A stretch of DNA of 63,069 nucleotides, filler included, from Reclinomonas americana ATCC 50394 (lineage: Eukaryota), in the NCBI GenBank assembly GCA_048213135.1. It is 3 parts of 3 records of this genome, joined end to end, with 100 filler letters (N's around TTAATTAATTAA, not from the genome) between each part and the next. Parts side by side here need not be neighbours in the genome. Positions count along the whole stretch, not along the records: positions 1 to 31,045 come from PS015225.1; positions 31,146 to 60,615 come from PS015226.1; 1 more part is not named here. The stretch is one strand, 5' to 3'. Shown here piece by piece: positions 23,750 to 36,900 of the stretch. The stretch's first letter is position 1, and every line of letters begins with the position of its first letter. Both the position numbers and the translations under genes were made by a program. A model generated the notes under the pieces. That model was not told where the DNA came from and did no database searches. It saw nothing but the letters and a program-made list of their open reading frames with translations.

Positions 23750-24330
23750 GAGTGAGGTGGGAGCCTCGACGCGCGCGCGTAATGCGACAACAAAGGTGCG
23801 TCACGGGACTTGTCGATGACGTCGAGCCTTGGAACTTCGTTGGCATCGGGAATCGCAGCAACCCTCTGTTGCGGTTACGTGGGCAACACGACAAGTGATG
23901 TGCGCATTAGTAGTACGCGTCACCGAAACCGATCCGCGAGCGACGCACAGCGCGCACGGATCTCTTGCGCCACGTGTGCAATTATTATTCCAATCTCCAT
24001 CGCCCTTCTGCAGACAAGTCTTCGTTTTCAAGCTTTCATTGGAGAGAGCGCGTGCTGGAGGGAGGCGCAGGTGATAGGCGCAGACCCACGACATACGTGA
24101 GTGCAACGGACTGCATCCAGTATCACCGCGCCTGCACACCTCCCAGCGCGCGCCTCTGTCGCTCGGGTTGGTCGCGAGACCAGAATTGTAAGTATGTAAA
24201 GACCAGCGACCCGTGTCCAAGTCGTGCAGTGTGGTCAGGTGGTCACACTTGTGGGTCGCATTGCCGCATCGATGGATGCGGCACCCAGCATGCATAGAGG
24301 GTCCATGTGGACCCTCCCCGGTATTGCGAC

Positions 24331-25995
24331 TCATCGGGCTGACACGGGCCGGCGACGGCGAGGGGCAGCAGACCGCGTTGGCGGCATGCCTGGTGGAGCT
24401 GGTGGTGGTGGTGGTGGTGGTGGCGGAGGAGGAGGAGCAGGCGCCAGATCGACGTCGTCTGCAGTGTCATTGTCGACGGACATGGACACTGGTGGACCGA
24501 TCGACCTCGCCAGCGTCTCGGCGCGGATGGCCTTCAGTTCGAGACGGCGCCGTGCTGCAGAGTCGGCACGCTCGCGCCGCACGGCCGCACTCTCCTCCAA
24601 TCGCTGCAACTTGCCCATGGGCGCGGCCTCCACCGATGTACACACGGCCTTGTTGCGGGCAATAAAATCGAGGCGGTGAGTCGACTGACGGCGCGTGGCG
24701 TACGCGTCGGTGCGCATGAACAATTCACGCCGTTGCTCCTCATTCTGTGAGTACTCACGGAGGCGCCGCTGCACGTGCTCCTGGATCTGTGCCTGCGTCA
24801 GTGTCCGGCCAAAGATGCCACTGTTGGCCGGCTTTGTGTACAGCCGAGGCGACACGGCGCAGCGCGGCGTCTTGCGCGGCGGTGAATCGTGGTCCTGGCC
24901 GCCGCCGCCTCCTCCTCGGTACGTGGGAGCCGATGCAGGCCGTTTCCGCCGCCGACTCGCACCGCCACGCCTCGCATCTGGTGATGGAGAAGCACAAAAA
25001 GAGGGGAGAGAGAAAAACACACAAATTTTTACTCACTGGGCAGCACGCGATGCAGCAGCAGCAGCAGCGGCAGAAGCAGGATTGCGTCTTCTACGCCTCT
25101 TCTTCTTCTGTACGCCCTCACCAGCAGAACCGCCTCCAGCCACTCCCGACGGACCGCTCTCGTCCTGGTGATATTGCTGACGCGCCGAGTCTGCCACACA
25201 AATGCAATGAGAATACAGAAGCGGGGTGGGTAACAGTGCTGCTGCTGTGATGGCCACGCACCCAGAGTATGCGCAATCTCGCCAAACAGAGCCGCGAATG
25301 CCGCCGGCCCGTCCTCCTGCCCGCTACCACCACCGCCACCGCTGCCGCCGCCGCCGCCACCGCCATAGCCAGACGATGAACCCATGACATGCGCACTGGC
25401 CGGCCGCTTGCCTCGAGCACTGCGTGCCGACGGCGGTGCGACCAAGGCCGCAGCCCCAGGCACCACATTCTGGGTGATGAACCTGTGACATGAAACGAAC
25501 CCGCTGTGAGCCAGAAGCATCTTCTCTCACGATCAAGTGTGTGACAACGCACGTGAATCCGCTCTCCAGCTGCGAGTTGAGTCGCGCAGTGAGGCCACCA
25601 ATGGCCTCGGTCTCAGTCCGCGGAATCGGCAAGATACTGCGCTCGATCATCAGTCAACATCCACCTCGTATTCATCATCGCAAACACATGTCAACCGCTC
25701 ACCTCAGCGACGAGAGCGCTCGCTCGCCCGTCGACACTGGATCCGTGTACGCACGCAGTCGCGGCGTCTTTGGTCGTCCATGCTTGCGCAGCTCATTCAC
25801 CAGCGGCTCACTGTGACGCACGAATGAGATGAAGAGCAGACAACACGAAGGAACACAAGAGCGCAACATTCTGCGCTCCAGGTTGCGCGACGAGGCCAAC
25901 TGCAACGGCCCACGCGCCGATGCCGGACGCGATTGCGACAGCAGCAACTGCCGCTGCTGCTCTGTGAGCTCCAGTGGCGGCACCTCACTGTCCCA
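24331..25995 (-). CDS. Hypothetical Arg/Ser/Pro-rich coiled-coil protein with repeated RPASA motifs (5' end in gap)
   Basis: Consecutive minus-strand coding-like segments separated by GT-AG introns; motifs SRPASAR, KRPASAH, KRPASAP, RPVSAR; helical segment QEHVQRRLREYSQNEEQRRELF. Confidence 0.55.
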
Positions 25996-26054
25996 AACAC
26001 ATGAGCAAATCACAATCACACACGCTTTCTCTCGNNNNNNNNNNNNNNNNNNNN

Positions 26055-28695
26055 GTCGGACATTTGTCAATGTCGTCGTCCTCGTCGTAGCCATCGTCGT
26101 CGCCGCTTCGGCTGTCCATCACCGCCTCCGCTCGCCTCCTGTCGCGATGCATGGCAGGGATCTCACGCATCATCACGCCCTGCGCCGCGGCGAGCGTATC
26201 ACGTGGTTCGCATCCGCAGATTACTCGCCCGAGTGTGCAACCCGACAACACCTCCACCAGCAACAGACCGAGGCACCACGAGTCCGCCGCCGCCGTGTAC
26301 TTCGGATTAAAGTCGGCCACATGAGTTGGAATGCACAGTTCGGGCGGCTGCGCGTGCGTGCGTGCAAAAAGCGAAATGAGAAAGAATGCAAAAGACACTC
26401 TCTCCACTTGCATCGTGCACACGAAGAACACAAGCAGCAACATCTCACCTGATAGCCACACGTTCCTGCTGCTCCTGACGCGATGCCCCTCTTGCCCGCA
26501 ACACGGGCATGGCCAAAGTCTCCCAGCACCGCCAGCCGTTTCTCCCGACTGTAGAAGACGTTGGCAAGCCGCACATCGCCGTGCACCACCCCGCTGCGGT
26601 GCACGATTGCAAGTGCTTGAGTAACGTCAGTCATATACTGACGCACTTCAACCTCGTCGAACGGATCCGGCTTGTCGCTGCCGTAATAAGGCGTGGTGAA
26701 TCCAAACCACTGTTGGTGCCGGCGATGCCAACCGTGCGCAAGGACGGTGGGCAGAAGCGATATCTTGTCGCTCAACAAGTGTCGCAGCACCATGACCTCG
26801 TCTCGCGCTCTGTTCGCCGGCTCCCGCTCGCCCGTCTCCACCCACTTGGTGACCACTTGCCGCTCTGCATGATGTGGACGCACAACACAGTGCCGCGAGC
26901 ATCATGAGCGAGGCAACAGGAAAATAACAGACTGACATGCTTACGATAGTATTGATTACCTCGGTCGACGACCACGTGCACCGTAGATCGTGAGTACAGA
27001 ACTTCCACACCACCGCGCTCGCCATTGTCGAGGAGCTCATCGCCCGGCAACTGCAATAGAGCGTCCTCGTTCATGAAGTCGCTGTCTTTCGGCTCCGGGC
27101 GCCCTTCCACAGCTCCGGCGGCGGCGCCGCTGGCCCCCCGGGCACCCTCGAATCCAAAGAGGGATTCCTTTGACACATCCGCTGTCACGGATGACATCAG
27201 CGCCATCCCTCCGACCTCCACCACAATGCTGCCTTCAGCGTCGGCAGTCGAGTGAACCAATTTCGCTGTGGCGAGGACGGAGCGGAAGACTCGCAGCTGC
27301 GCACTGAGAAGCGACGCCACCGAGCCAACCCCTGTGCACAACCGCCACGAGTCAGCATGAACGACAGGGTTATATCGACATTATCTTGAATATAGGCAAC
27401 CAACGAAACTGCATCCACCAACACGGTTGTCTTCGAAGTCCCAAATGCCGACGACGGTGATATTGATGCCGTCAACAACAACAGTGCCTGCGGAGGCCGG
27501 GTCATTCTTCCAACGCAGCGAGAAGCGCCAGAGCGACAGTCCGAGAGGCGCCAGCAGCCAGCTGAAAACCGTTGCATCCCGCATGCATGCACGCTCATTA
27601 AGGCGAAGCAACTTGACCAAGCAGCAACAGCTGTTGACGGTGTTCTTCACAAAATCTACATGAAACGCAGTCGTGTTGAAGAGCCGCCGAAACGCCGAAA
27701 AACTACCGTTGTAGCTGCAAGCACATAATGCACCGTTGTGGAAAATCACACGACACACAAGGCCTGCATACCACACGCACCTATCTGCAAACTCGCAAAA
27801 GTCAGCCTGCAACTTGGCTTCGGCACTCACATAAGTTGCATCGCGAATGTTGAAATCGTGAACCAGCAAGTCGGCCCGCTGCGCGTTCTCAGATATGACG
27901 ACTGCAAATCAACCAAGCAAAATGAATCAGTGGATGGCTCGTGCACAGCGCTGCGACAGCTCAAGATCAAACACACGTACATGCACAATCTTGATTCGCC
28001 AAGAAGTACTCCGGTGCCGAGTACATGAACGGCGTGGAAAGGAAGCTGCCAATGGACGAGACCAACGTCGTCTCGCAAAATTTTTCTACGGAATTTCAAG
28101 CGACGTGAGTCAGTGTGCATGACGCGTCTGTCATACTAACGCACCACAATAGCCGGCTCGTGTCATGCCATTCGCATGAAAAGTTCGCAGAAGGTGACTC
28201 ATTCCCATTGTTGCATATAGCAGGAAGGAGCGCGTCTCTGGATCGAGACCGGCGTTCGAGAGGACCCGAAAAATCTCAGAATCCACATCAGCCCTACAGG
28301 TGCACGGGAAACGGTGGCACACATTGAGAAGAAAGAAGATTGGCGACTTGATACACGAAACAGCGCCCAGCGGGAAAACGAAACCGCAGCAACTCGGTGT
28401 GAACAGTCGGGTCGGCCAGTCGACCAAGTTGTTTGACCAGATCCATCTCCGCGTCAGTGAGTTCATCCGCCCACGGAAACTCTTCGTTGTGTGCGAGCAA
28501 TGTCGCTGCAACATCCAACCTCTGTTCCCGAATGCGGTCAATGGCGCAGAAGGTCGGCGCCTGGAACACATCTGCGAATTTCCATCGTGAGTACGGAATA
28601 CTGCGTACGGTGCTGCAAAATAAGAGTGGCGCACCTCGCTGCAGCTCCCAGCTGTACTCGACTGCAGTTGGGTCGCCGGCCTTTCCCACACGCAT
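26055..28695 (-). CDS. Divergent Ser/Thr-type protein kinase (C-terminal) with long unrecognised N-terminal region; both ends uncertain
   Basis: VVTK (beta3 Lys), RDEVMVL (alphaC Glu), VHRSGVVHGDVRLANVF, LGDFGHA, GTCGYQ-PPE, ADSWCLGLLLVEVLSG; upstream exons are open and bounded by GT-AG. Confidence 0.7.
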
Positions 28696-28732
28696 GCGCC
28701 AATTCTTGTGGCAAACAAATAAAGATGCAGCA

Positions 28733-29418
28733 TCAGCTTCGTTCCTCGTCGTCGGCATCGCCGCTCTCAGTGTTTCGCGCACGGGACCGCGCGAGTGATG
28801 TTTCCTCAGTGACCGCAGTCAACATGGACCGCAAGGTTTCCTCACTCAGCTCATAATCGGTCGGCAGGCTGTACGTGAGCACGGAGACGCATCCGGAAAA
28901 TGCTGAGAAATTACAAACCAATGAGTGCAGATCAAGGGCGAAAACATTCATCAACGGAACGCACTTTCGGTGTCCATCCACATAGGTTTTCTGGCGGTTA
29001 CAAGCATGAGGAGTCCACGTCCAACAACGAATCGAACGGCATCCGAGGCTGCGAGGAAGGGAGTCAGTAATGCGTGCGCCCAACTGCTGGAGTGAGTTGG
29101 TGTCCACAACTGATACATACCTCTTTCTGCGATACCTTCTGACACGCCCGCTTCGGCGAGCTTCTTGCGAATGGTCGCGGCGAAGAGAGTCGCTGCAGAT
29201 GCGACCGCCAAGTGAGAAGACACAATTCACACAATGCAACTGGCAAGCAGAATAGATGCGTACAAGACCTCTTTCAATGGCAAGAGCTTGGAGGCCTGTG
29301 ACATCGACCACAGGTGCTGCAGCTGTTGCTGTTACTGATGCCGCTGCTGCTGTTGGCACTGAAACAGCGCTGGCAGAGGAAGCAGCGGCCGACCGCGCTG
29401 TGTCTGCGATGGCGGTCA
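28733..29418 (-). CDS. Small hypothetical multi-exon protein (or disrupted 5' part of the kinase gene)
   Basis: MTAIADTARSAAA... can be spliced through GT-AG introns to a stop at 28733; no family recognised. Confidence 0.35.
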
Positions 29419-30608
29419 TGAGTAGTAATCGCGACAAAGAAAGAGAGGGAGAGTGTGAGAACGCAAAGGGAGGAGAGAGGACAGAAGAGAGGAGTGAACA
29501 GGGTGAAAAGAGAGACAGACAGACNNNNNNNNNNNNNNNNNNNNNNNNNNNNNNNNNNNNNNNNNNNNNNNNNNNNNNNNNNNNNNNNNNNNNNNNNNNN
29601 NNNNNNNNNNNNNNNNNNNNNNNNNNNNNNNNNNNNNNNNNNNNNNNNNNNNNNNNNNNNNNNNNNNNNNNNNNNNNNNNNNNNNNNNNNNNNNNNNNNN
29701 NNNNNNNNNNNNNNNNNNNNNNNNNNNNNNNNNNNNNNNNNNNNNNNNNNNNNNNNNNNNNNNNNNNNNNNNNNNNNNNNNNNNNNNNNNNNNNNNNNNN
29801 NNNNNNNNNNNNNNNNNNNNNNNNNNNNNNNNNNNNNNNNNNNNNNNNNNNNNNNNNNNNNNNNNNNNNNNNNNNNNNNNNNNNNNNNNNNNNNNNNNNN
29901 NNNNNNNNNNNNNNNNNNNNNNNNNNNNNNNNNNNNNNNNNNNNNNNNNNNNNNNNNNNNNNNNNNNNNNNNNNNNNNNNNNNNNNNNNNNNNNNNNNNN
30001 NNNNNNNNNNNNNNNNNNNNNNNNNNNNNNNNNNNNNNNNNNNNNNNNNNNNNNNNNNNNNNNNNNNNNNNNNNNNNNNNNNNNNNNNNNNNNNNNNNNN
30101 NNNNNNNNNNNNNNNNNNNNNNNNNNNNNNNNNNNNNNNNNNNNNNNNNNNNNNNNNNNNNNNNNNNNNNNNNNNNNNNNNNNNNNNNNNNNNNNNNNNN
30201 NNNNNNNNNNNNNNNNNNNNNNNNNNNNNNNNNNNNNNNNNNNNNNNNNNNNNNNNNNNNNNNNNNNNNNNNNNNNNNNNNNNNNNNNNNNNNNNNNNNN
30301 NNNNNNNNNNNNNNNNNNNNNNNNNNNNNNNNNNNNNNNNNNNNNNNNNNNNNNNNNNNNNNNNNNNNNNNNNNNNNNNNNNNNNNNNNNNNGAGAGAGA
30401 GAGAGACGAGAGGGAGAAACAACGATGCAGAATAACAAGAGCAGAAACATAAGAAGAAAAAGGAAGGAGGGGAGAGCGAGGAGAGACGAAGGAGGGAAGG
30501 GAGTAGATTGACAAGCACAGGCATACAACATACAAGCACACACCCCTCAATGATCGCCAATCACGCAGGACAACTCTTTTAATTGTCAAGTTGTGTTTTT
30601 TCGCGCTC

Positions 30609-30695
30609 ATGCGACCACTTCCGATTGTGATTGCTGGCGGCGGTGTGGGCGGATTATCACTGGCCGCTGCACTGTCGCGTATGAGCAGACAGCAT
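30609..30695 (+). CDS. First exon of FAD-dependent monooxygenase/oxidoreductase (truncated by scaffold end)
   Basis: MRPLPIVIAGGGVGGLSLAAALSR (Rossmann GxGxxG), followed by a GTGAGT donor; not in the ORF track. Confidence 0.75.
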
Positions 30696-31008
30696 GTGAG
30701 TGCGCGAGTGCGAAGTCATATGCCCGACGTGCTGGTCATGGAGAGGCGGTGAGGAAGAGGGAAGGGGTGGAGAATGAGGAGAAATAGGAAGGAAATGGAG
30801 GAGGAGAAGTGGAGCAGTGAGATGGGGGTGCATGCGTCCACTGATATTCTTATTCTCATGCAGCACGCAGTCACTCACTCACTGCACTCACGCTCACTCA
30901 TTTATCTCTCTTTCTCTCCCTTCCTCCCTCACTCACTCACTCACTCACTCTCTCTCTCTCTCTCCTGCACACTCACTCCCTCTACTACTCACTCACTCAC
31001 TCCACTCA

Positions 31009-31045
<37 letters not shown>

Positions 31046-31089
31046 NNNNNNNNNNNNNNNNNNNNNNNNNNNNNNNNNNNNNNNNNNNN

Positions 31090-31101
31090 TTAATTAATTA
31101 A
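31090..31101. other. Artificial scaffold linker (TTAATTAATTAA, stop codons in six frames)
   Basis: Palindromic 12-mer flanked on both sides by N runs; identical copy at 60660. Confidence 0.95.
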
Positions 31102-31324
31102 NNNNNNNNNNNNNNNNNNNNNNNNNNNNNNNNNNNNNNNNNNNNTCTCTCCCCCCTTCTCTTCCCCCTTCTCTTCCCCCTTCTCTTCCCCCTTCTCTCC
31201 CCCCTTCTCCTCCTCCATATCTTCCCCCATCTCTTCCCCCATCTCTTCCCCTTCTCTCCCCTTCTCTTCCCCTTCTCTCCCCCTCCTTCCCCTCCCCATC
31301 TCACTCCTCCTCTCCTCTCCGCAG

Positions 31325-33829
31325 TTCCTTGAACGAGTGGAACGCAATGTGGTTCGCTCACGACGTGTGGTGGACCTGCTGAGCTCGTTGAACGAGCTAA
31401 AGGCCGTGTACTTTTCCGACTACGGGTGAGCTCAACACACTCCCTCTCCCTGTCTCTTTGCTTCCCCCGCCCTCACCCCTTCTCCTCCTCCTCAAGCCAC
31501 CAAGAAACCGTCCGCCTCCGCCAAGAACTCGAAGCCGAAGCACCGTTCTCCACCTTTGGCACCGAGGCCTCGTCCATGGTCGACGAGCACTGGGACGCCA
31601 CGCTGCAGCACCACCCGCATCATCACCAACAGCAGCACCACCAGCACCACCCGCAGCCTGCTGGCTCCCGCGGTACCGCCGTGCAACGACTGGCCATCCC
31701 CGCCGACCGCGTGTCGTCCTCGGCGCCCACCTCGTCGCGTCAGCACCTCACCCCCCGCGAGCAGGCCTCGGCGACCGCCATGTCGGCTGGCCAGTCGCCG
31801 CGCTCACCACGCGCCTATGTCATGGGCGTCAGTGGCGCGCCGGCACCGCCGTCGCAGCAGCAGCATGCATCACAGCCGCCACCCCCGTCGCAGATTCAGC
31901 TGCTGGCAGCAGCGGCGGCGGCCGTGAATGGAAACGGCAATGGCACTCCCTCGCCCTACTCGTCGCCCATGTCGGGTGCCGGCGATGCGGGCGACGTGGT
32001 GAATCGCGTCGATCTGGCACTGGCCGCCTCGGCGTCGCCGCTGACGAATGGTCACGCACACGCGTCGCATCGCTTTGTCGTGGGCGACAGTGAGGAAGAT
32101 GGTGCGGAGGAGGAAGGGGAGGAGGACAAGGAAGAAGACGAGGATGAGGAAGACACGCTGGACGCCACCATGGCACAGCCGTTGCCGCTGACGGCGCACA
32201 CGCAGCCGTCGGTGGAGGCGCTGAGCAGTCGCCTGTCGCGTCGCGCGGGCCAGCATCTGCGTACCGAGAGTGGCAACCTCACCGGCATTGCCACGCTGGC
32301 CATGAGCTCGCCCTCGGCCAGCCTGCTGTCATTACAGTCGTCGCAGACGTACTCGCCCGGCGCCTCCAGTGTCGGCTCGATGCCGGAGGCCGTGTCGCCG
32401 ATGAACAACATTGAGGATGCGTTGCATGTGGAGGGCGAGAGTCCGTTGCCGCGAAATCGCCGCCCCTCTGGCCTGCGCGTGGACACGACGCAGAGTGCCG
32501 TGTCGAGTCCGGTCGCCGGCGCACCGCACGGCCGGCTGGTGGGTGTGACTCCGATGAACACACCGACGGCGGCGGCCGGTCGGCATGCGGCGTCTGTGTT
32601 TTCGTCGCCGGCGGCGGCGGCGCCGGCGGGTGGGAACACGGCGTCGCGTGCGGTCACCATGGAGGACTTGATGAGTGTGTTGAGGCAGAGGGCGGGGGAT
32701 TCGTCGTCGGGTGAGTATATGGGGAAAGGGAGGAGATGGGAGAGGGAGAAGGGAGGGAAAAGGAGGAGAAGGGAGGGGAAAGAGGGAGAGAGGGAGGGAG
32801 AAGAGAGGGAGAGAACAGAGAGGGACAAGGAATGAGGGAACGGCGTTGTGAGGATACATGAGGACGAATGAGTGAGGATATTAGGAGAATCGCGACTGAA
32901 AAAGGTTGAGGTGATGCAAGTGAAGGAGTGTGGACTGAGAAGCGAGAGGCGGAGGCGAAAAGAGGGGTCGTAACAGGAATAGAGAGTGGAGATGGGATGA
33001 GAGTTTCGAGAAGGAGAAGATGCAGAGCAATGCGTATCGTGATGGACGGCGTGAGAGAAGGAGAGAGGGGGGAGAGTGTGAGAGGGCGAAGGAGAAGAGA
33101 CGGAGAGATCAGAAAGGGACAAGGAAAGATACGTGAGAAGAAATGAGAGAACGGCGTTGTGAGTATAAGTGAGGACGAGTGAGAGAGGATGTTAGGAGCA
33201 TCTCGACGGAAAAAGGTTGAGGTAATGTGAGTGAAGGAGTGTGGACTGAGAGGAGACGAAGACGAAGAGGGGTCGTGGTAGGAGATTGGATGAGAGTTTC
33301 ATGAAAGAGAAGGTGCCGAGCAAGCTGGCAGGGACAGACGACGGTGCAAGAGATGAAGATAGGATGACGAAGGTGAAAGAGCGCGAAAGCAGAAGTGACG
33401 TTGCAGATTGAGCCAGAAGATAGAGCAGCGGATGCGAAGATTGTTCACGAATGCAGAGGCAATAATCGCGTCATTCTTCAACAGCCGTGTTTCTATGACT
33501 ATTACTATCATCCCTTTCTCGCACTTTGTCCATTCTTCTTCCTTTGTTCACTGTTGTTGTGTTCTTCCTCTTGCGAGAACGACGATGGAGCAAAAAGGAT
33601 TCTCCTTGGCCTGCTTTGCTCACTTGCTCCCCTCCCTCCTTCTCTGCTTCACAGATGGCTCGCCCGTCAGCCCTGTACCGGGACGGTCTTCAAGTGCCGC
33701 CTCGTCGCCGGCCGGTGCGCCACAAAGGGTGAGGTCAACTTCGTTTTCTCATTTCACCTCCTCTCTCGCTGACTCATAACTCTCCTGCAGCGCAACGACA
33801 GCTGGAGCACGTTTGTTGGTGACCGATGA
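31325..33829 (+). CDS. C-terminal part of a hypothetical protein with long low-complexity (S/P/A/Q/H, acidic) region
   Basis: Exons at ~31325-31425, ~31497-32710, ~33654-33728 and 33791-33829 join in frame via GT-AG introns; 5' end missing. Confidence 0.6.
32815..33300. repeat. Degenerate intronic direct duplication (~190 nt homologous blocks about 310 nt apart)
   Basis: Shared segments AGGGACAAGGAA, GAACGGCGTTGTGAG, GAAAAAGGTTGAGGT, GTGAAGGAGTGTGGACTGAGA and GGATGAGAGTTTC each occur twice in the same order. Confidence 0.8.
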
Positions 33830-33965
33830 GCGCGCCGGTGTTACCCCACGCATCAAAGGACAAGTGGGGCATGTGATTTCCGCTTCAGGCCGGAGAGAGG
33901 GAGAGGGAGACAGGAAAATGACTGTGAAAAAGAGTGTTGTTGATTATCTTTTACGCGCGCGCTTG

Positions 33966-36900
33966 TCATGGTTCCACGGGCCTTCTTCTTTCTTCTCCCG
34001 TGGGAGGGGAGGCACGCGGTGATAGCGAGGCCGCTTGTTGCACGGCAAGCACTCGATTCAAGTCCTGCCGCAGGCGTGCCAACTCAGCCAGCACTTGTCC
34101 CAATTGTGGATCGGCAGAGGGGCGACTGGCGCGCGCAATGTGCGGGGCGTCGGTGAGAGCATTGTCTCGATTGTAGCGGTGGCGCCGCTCGTGACTGGCG
34201 CGAGGTGAGTATGCATCACCAACATCAACTCAACACGAAGGAGAAACGCAACATCCCGTAATGCCGGCTGTGATGGCGGTGTAAGGCGTGCTGCTGCTGC
34301 TGATCGTGCTGCGCAGCCGCTCCTTGATACTCGTCCGCATCGCTGCTGGTATTACCACCGCCACCGACAGTGCCGTATACAGGACCCGGAGAGGAGTTGC
34401 TGCCGTCTGGCGGTCGCACGAGCAGCAACTCGGATTCGTCCACTTGGATGCCGTCGCTCGACAGCATGGGTTTCTCACTGTGCGACGCGTTGTGAGCGAC
34501 GACCACAGACGACAAACGGCGCAGGCGTGCAGACAACGAACGAGTTCACGCTGGCACTGGACCTGTTGTGCACCAAGACAGAGAAAGTGACGAGGTGAGA
34601 AACGACGCACTCACATGCGCACACATACACAGAGAGATAGCGAGAGAGGAACGAGGAGTAATCAACACGCAACTTGGCTGGATCGGCGTCCCCGTGGCTG
34701 TGATCATGATCTTCATCGTGCTTAGGTGGAATCTGCAGCACACTCCTTCATCAGCGCCCGTTCCACTATAGCAAGAGTACAACATCGCGCACCCCCGACA
34801 CTGCCCAGTCGGCCAGCGCGTCCTTGACGGCGAAGAACGCATCCTCGGTGATGAGGATGAAAATGTTGAGCACCGAGTAGATGAAGAGGGCGACAAAGGT
34901 GTACATGTACACGCGGGAGGTGTACGCCAGCGCCGCCGATTCGCCGTAGGTGGCGTCAAAGGTGTCGCGAACGACGTCTCCGTTGAGCACGGCGAAGAGG
35001 GTGACGCAGGTTTCGCCAAAGGTGGCGAACTGGAAACAGAAGGGGCAAAGGGAAAGGGAAGGGTGGGAGGGGGGAAGGGGGAAGGGGGAAGGGTGGGAGG
35101 GGGAAGGGGGAAAGGGGAAGGGGAAAAGAAGAGGGGAAGGCGAAGGGGGAGGGAGAAGGGGGAAAGGGGAAGGGGGAAAAGAAGAGGGGGCAAAATAAAG
35201 TAGAAAGTAAAGGGGAAGAGCGATGTGGAAAAGGCAAGGGGAAGAACATTGGGACACGGAACACGCGCGAAAGGAAAGACGTCACAGTGAACAAGACGTT
35301 TGGTGCTGAATACACTGTGGATGCAAGTGGAGAGGCGAAGAAATAACGTTGCACGGCGAAGCCGATAGAACAAGGGCGATGAGTACTGAAATGCGACGAC
35401 TTGGTGCGAAGTGCAAGTAGAAGAAAGCAAATGCGCATCTGAGAAATGGAAAGCGAAAGAAGAGAAAAGGAGCAGCACAGATGTCGCAAACACGCATGAG
35501 AGGCAGAGAGAGAAAACGATGTGATGAGGAGAATCTGCAAGGTGATGCCAACTGGAATCCGAGCAGTGTAACAGTGGGGAAAGGTCAGCGACTCTTCGAG
35601 ATGAACGCGACATACCCCTGGCGCAAAGGTGCCGAACAGAATGTTGCCCACTGCAATCTCAAAGATACCAATCAGCAACTGTTGCACACCCTGACACACA
35701 TCGTCCAGCCACGCAACTGAGAGCGTAGCCGATGAACACAGGCAGTGTGCCGATGACAAAGCGGAACACGTTCTTCAGTCCGCCTCGCAGCGTGGTGATG
35801 AGCAGCTGCGACACAGGATTCAACACGAGTCACCTGAAAGAGGAAGAGGACTTGGAGCACAAGACTCACGTAGAACTTGGGGTGGTACTCAAAGTAGCGC
35901 ACGACGTTGATCCAACTGGCAAAGGCGGCCACGCCAACCCACAGATTCACGGAAAAGCGATCATAACTCTGCGGAAACGAGGTGAGATGATGCAAGAGGA
36001 GACAAGCAGAATTCAGCGAGTGACCTTGAACGTCATTTGCGAGAGGGCGAGAGAGGCACCGACTGCGGGAATATGAAAGAGTGAGAGAGAGAAGGCGCAC
36101 TCCACGCAAGGGGTCAGCGAAGCGCAACTGATGTTGGTGAGGTTGGAGATGAATGTGATCACCCACCAGGTGTTGAAAGGGCGGAACTCACGTCTGCGGG
36201 AAAAATGAGGTGGCAAGCAGGTGACAGCAACTGCGTAGGGAGCACGAAACTCCAGTGTGACACCGTCCCAGCCCACATGTGGTCCGTCTGTGTGCGGTTG
36301 CGTTCGTTGGCGCTGGCGAGGTGGGGGAGAGTGAGTCAAAGAGAGAGAGACAGGGAGAGGAAGAGGGACAGAGTGGGAGAGAAAGAGAGAGAGATATATG
36401 AATGGAAGGGGAGGGTGAGAGAGATAGATAGAAAGCGAAAAAGAGAGATAGAGAGTGATAGTTAGAGAGTGCACGCTGTTGTCACCAACATCAACTCACT
36501 GTCTGTGATCTCCAGCACTTTCACTGATTCACAAAGGTGGGCACATATCTTGGATGAGATCGAGGAGGAGAGTTTTGTTTCCGAAGCTATGTGCATTGAA
36601 GCTGCAAGGCTATAGAGCCAGCACGCCTCATTGTATTTGGTTGTTGAAAACTCACACATCTCACTCACTTCTCTCTCTCACCTCTTTATCTCTGTCTCTC
36701 TCTCTCTCTCTGTCAGTCAGTCCGTCTTTCTCTCTCTCTCGTTCTCGCCTTCCAGTTAGGAGAGAGTATTCACATGCACCCGCGCTCTCACTTAATCTCA
36801 CTCTCTCTCTCTCTCTCATTCTCTGTCATTCTCTGTCTCCCTCTTGAGAGAATATTCACACCCTCCCGCGCTCTCACTTTATCTCTCTCGCTTGCGTTCT

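Noticed and set aside
31090-31101. Perfect palindrome TTAATTAATTAA (also 60660-60671) as a regulatory or transposon target site
   Set aside because: Embedded in N runs and encodes stops in all frames; an assembly linker. Gene order across it is meaningless.
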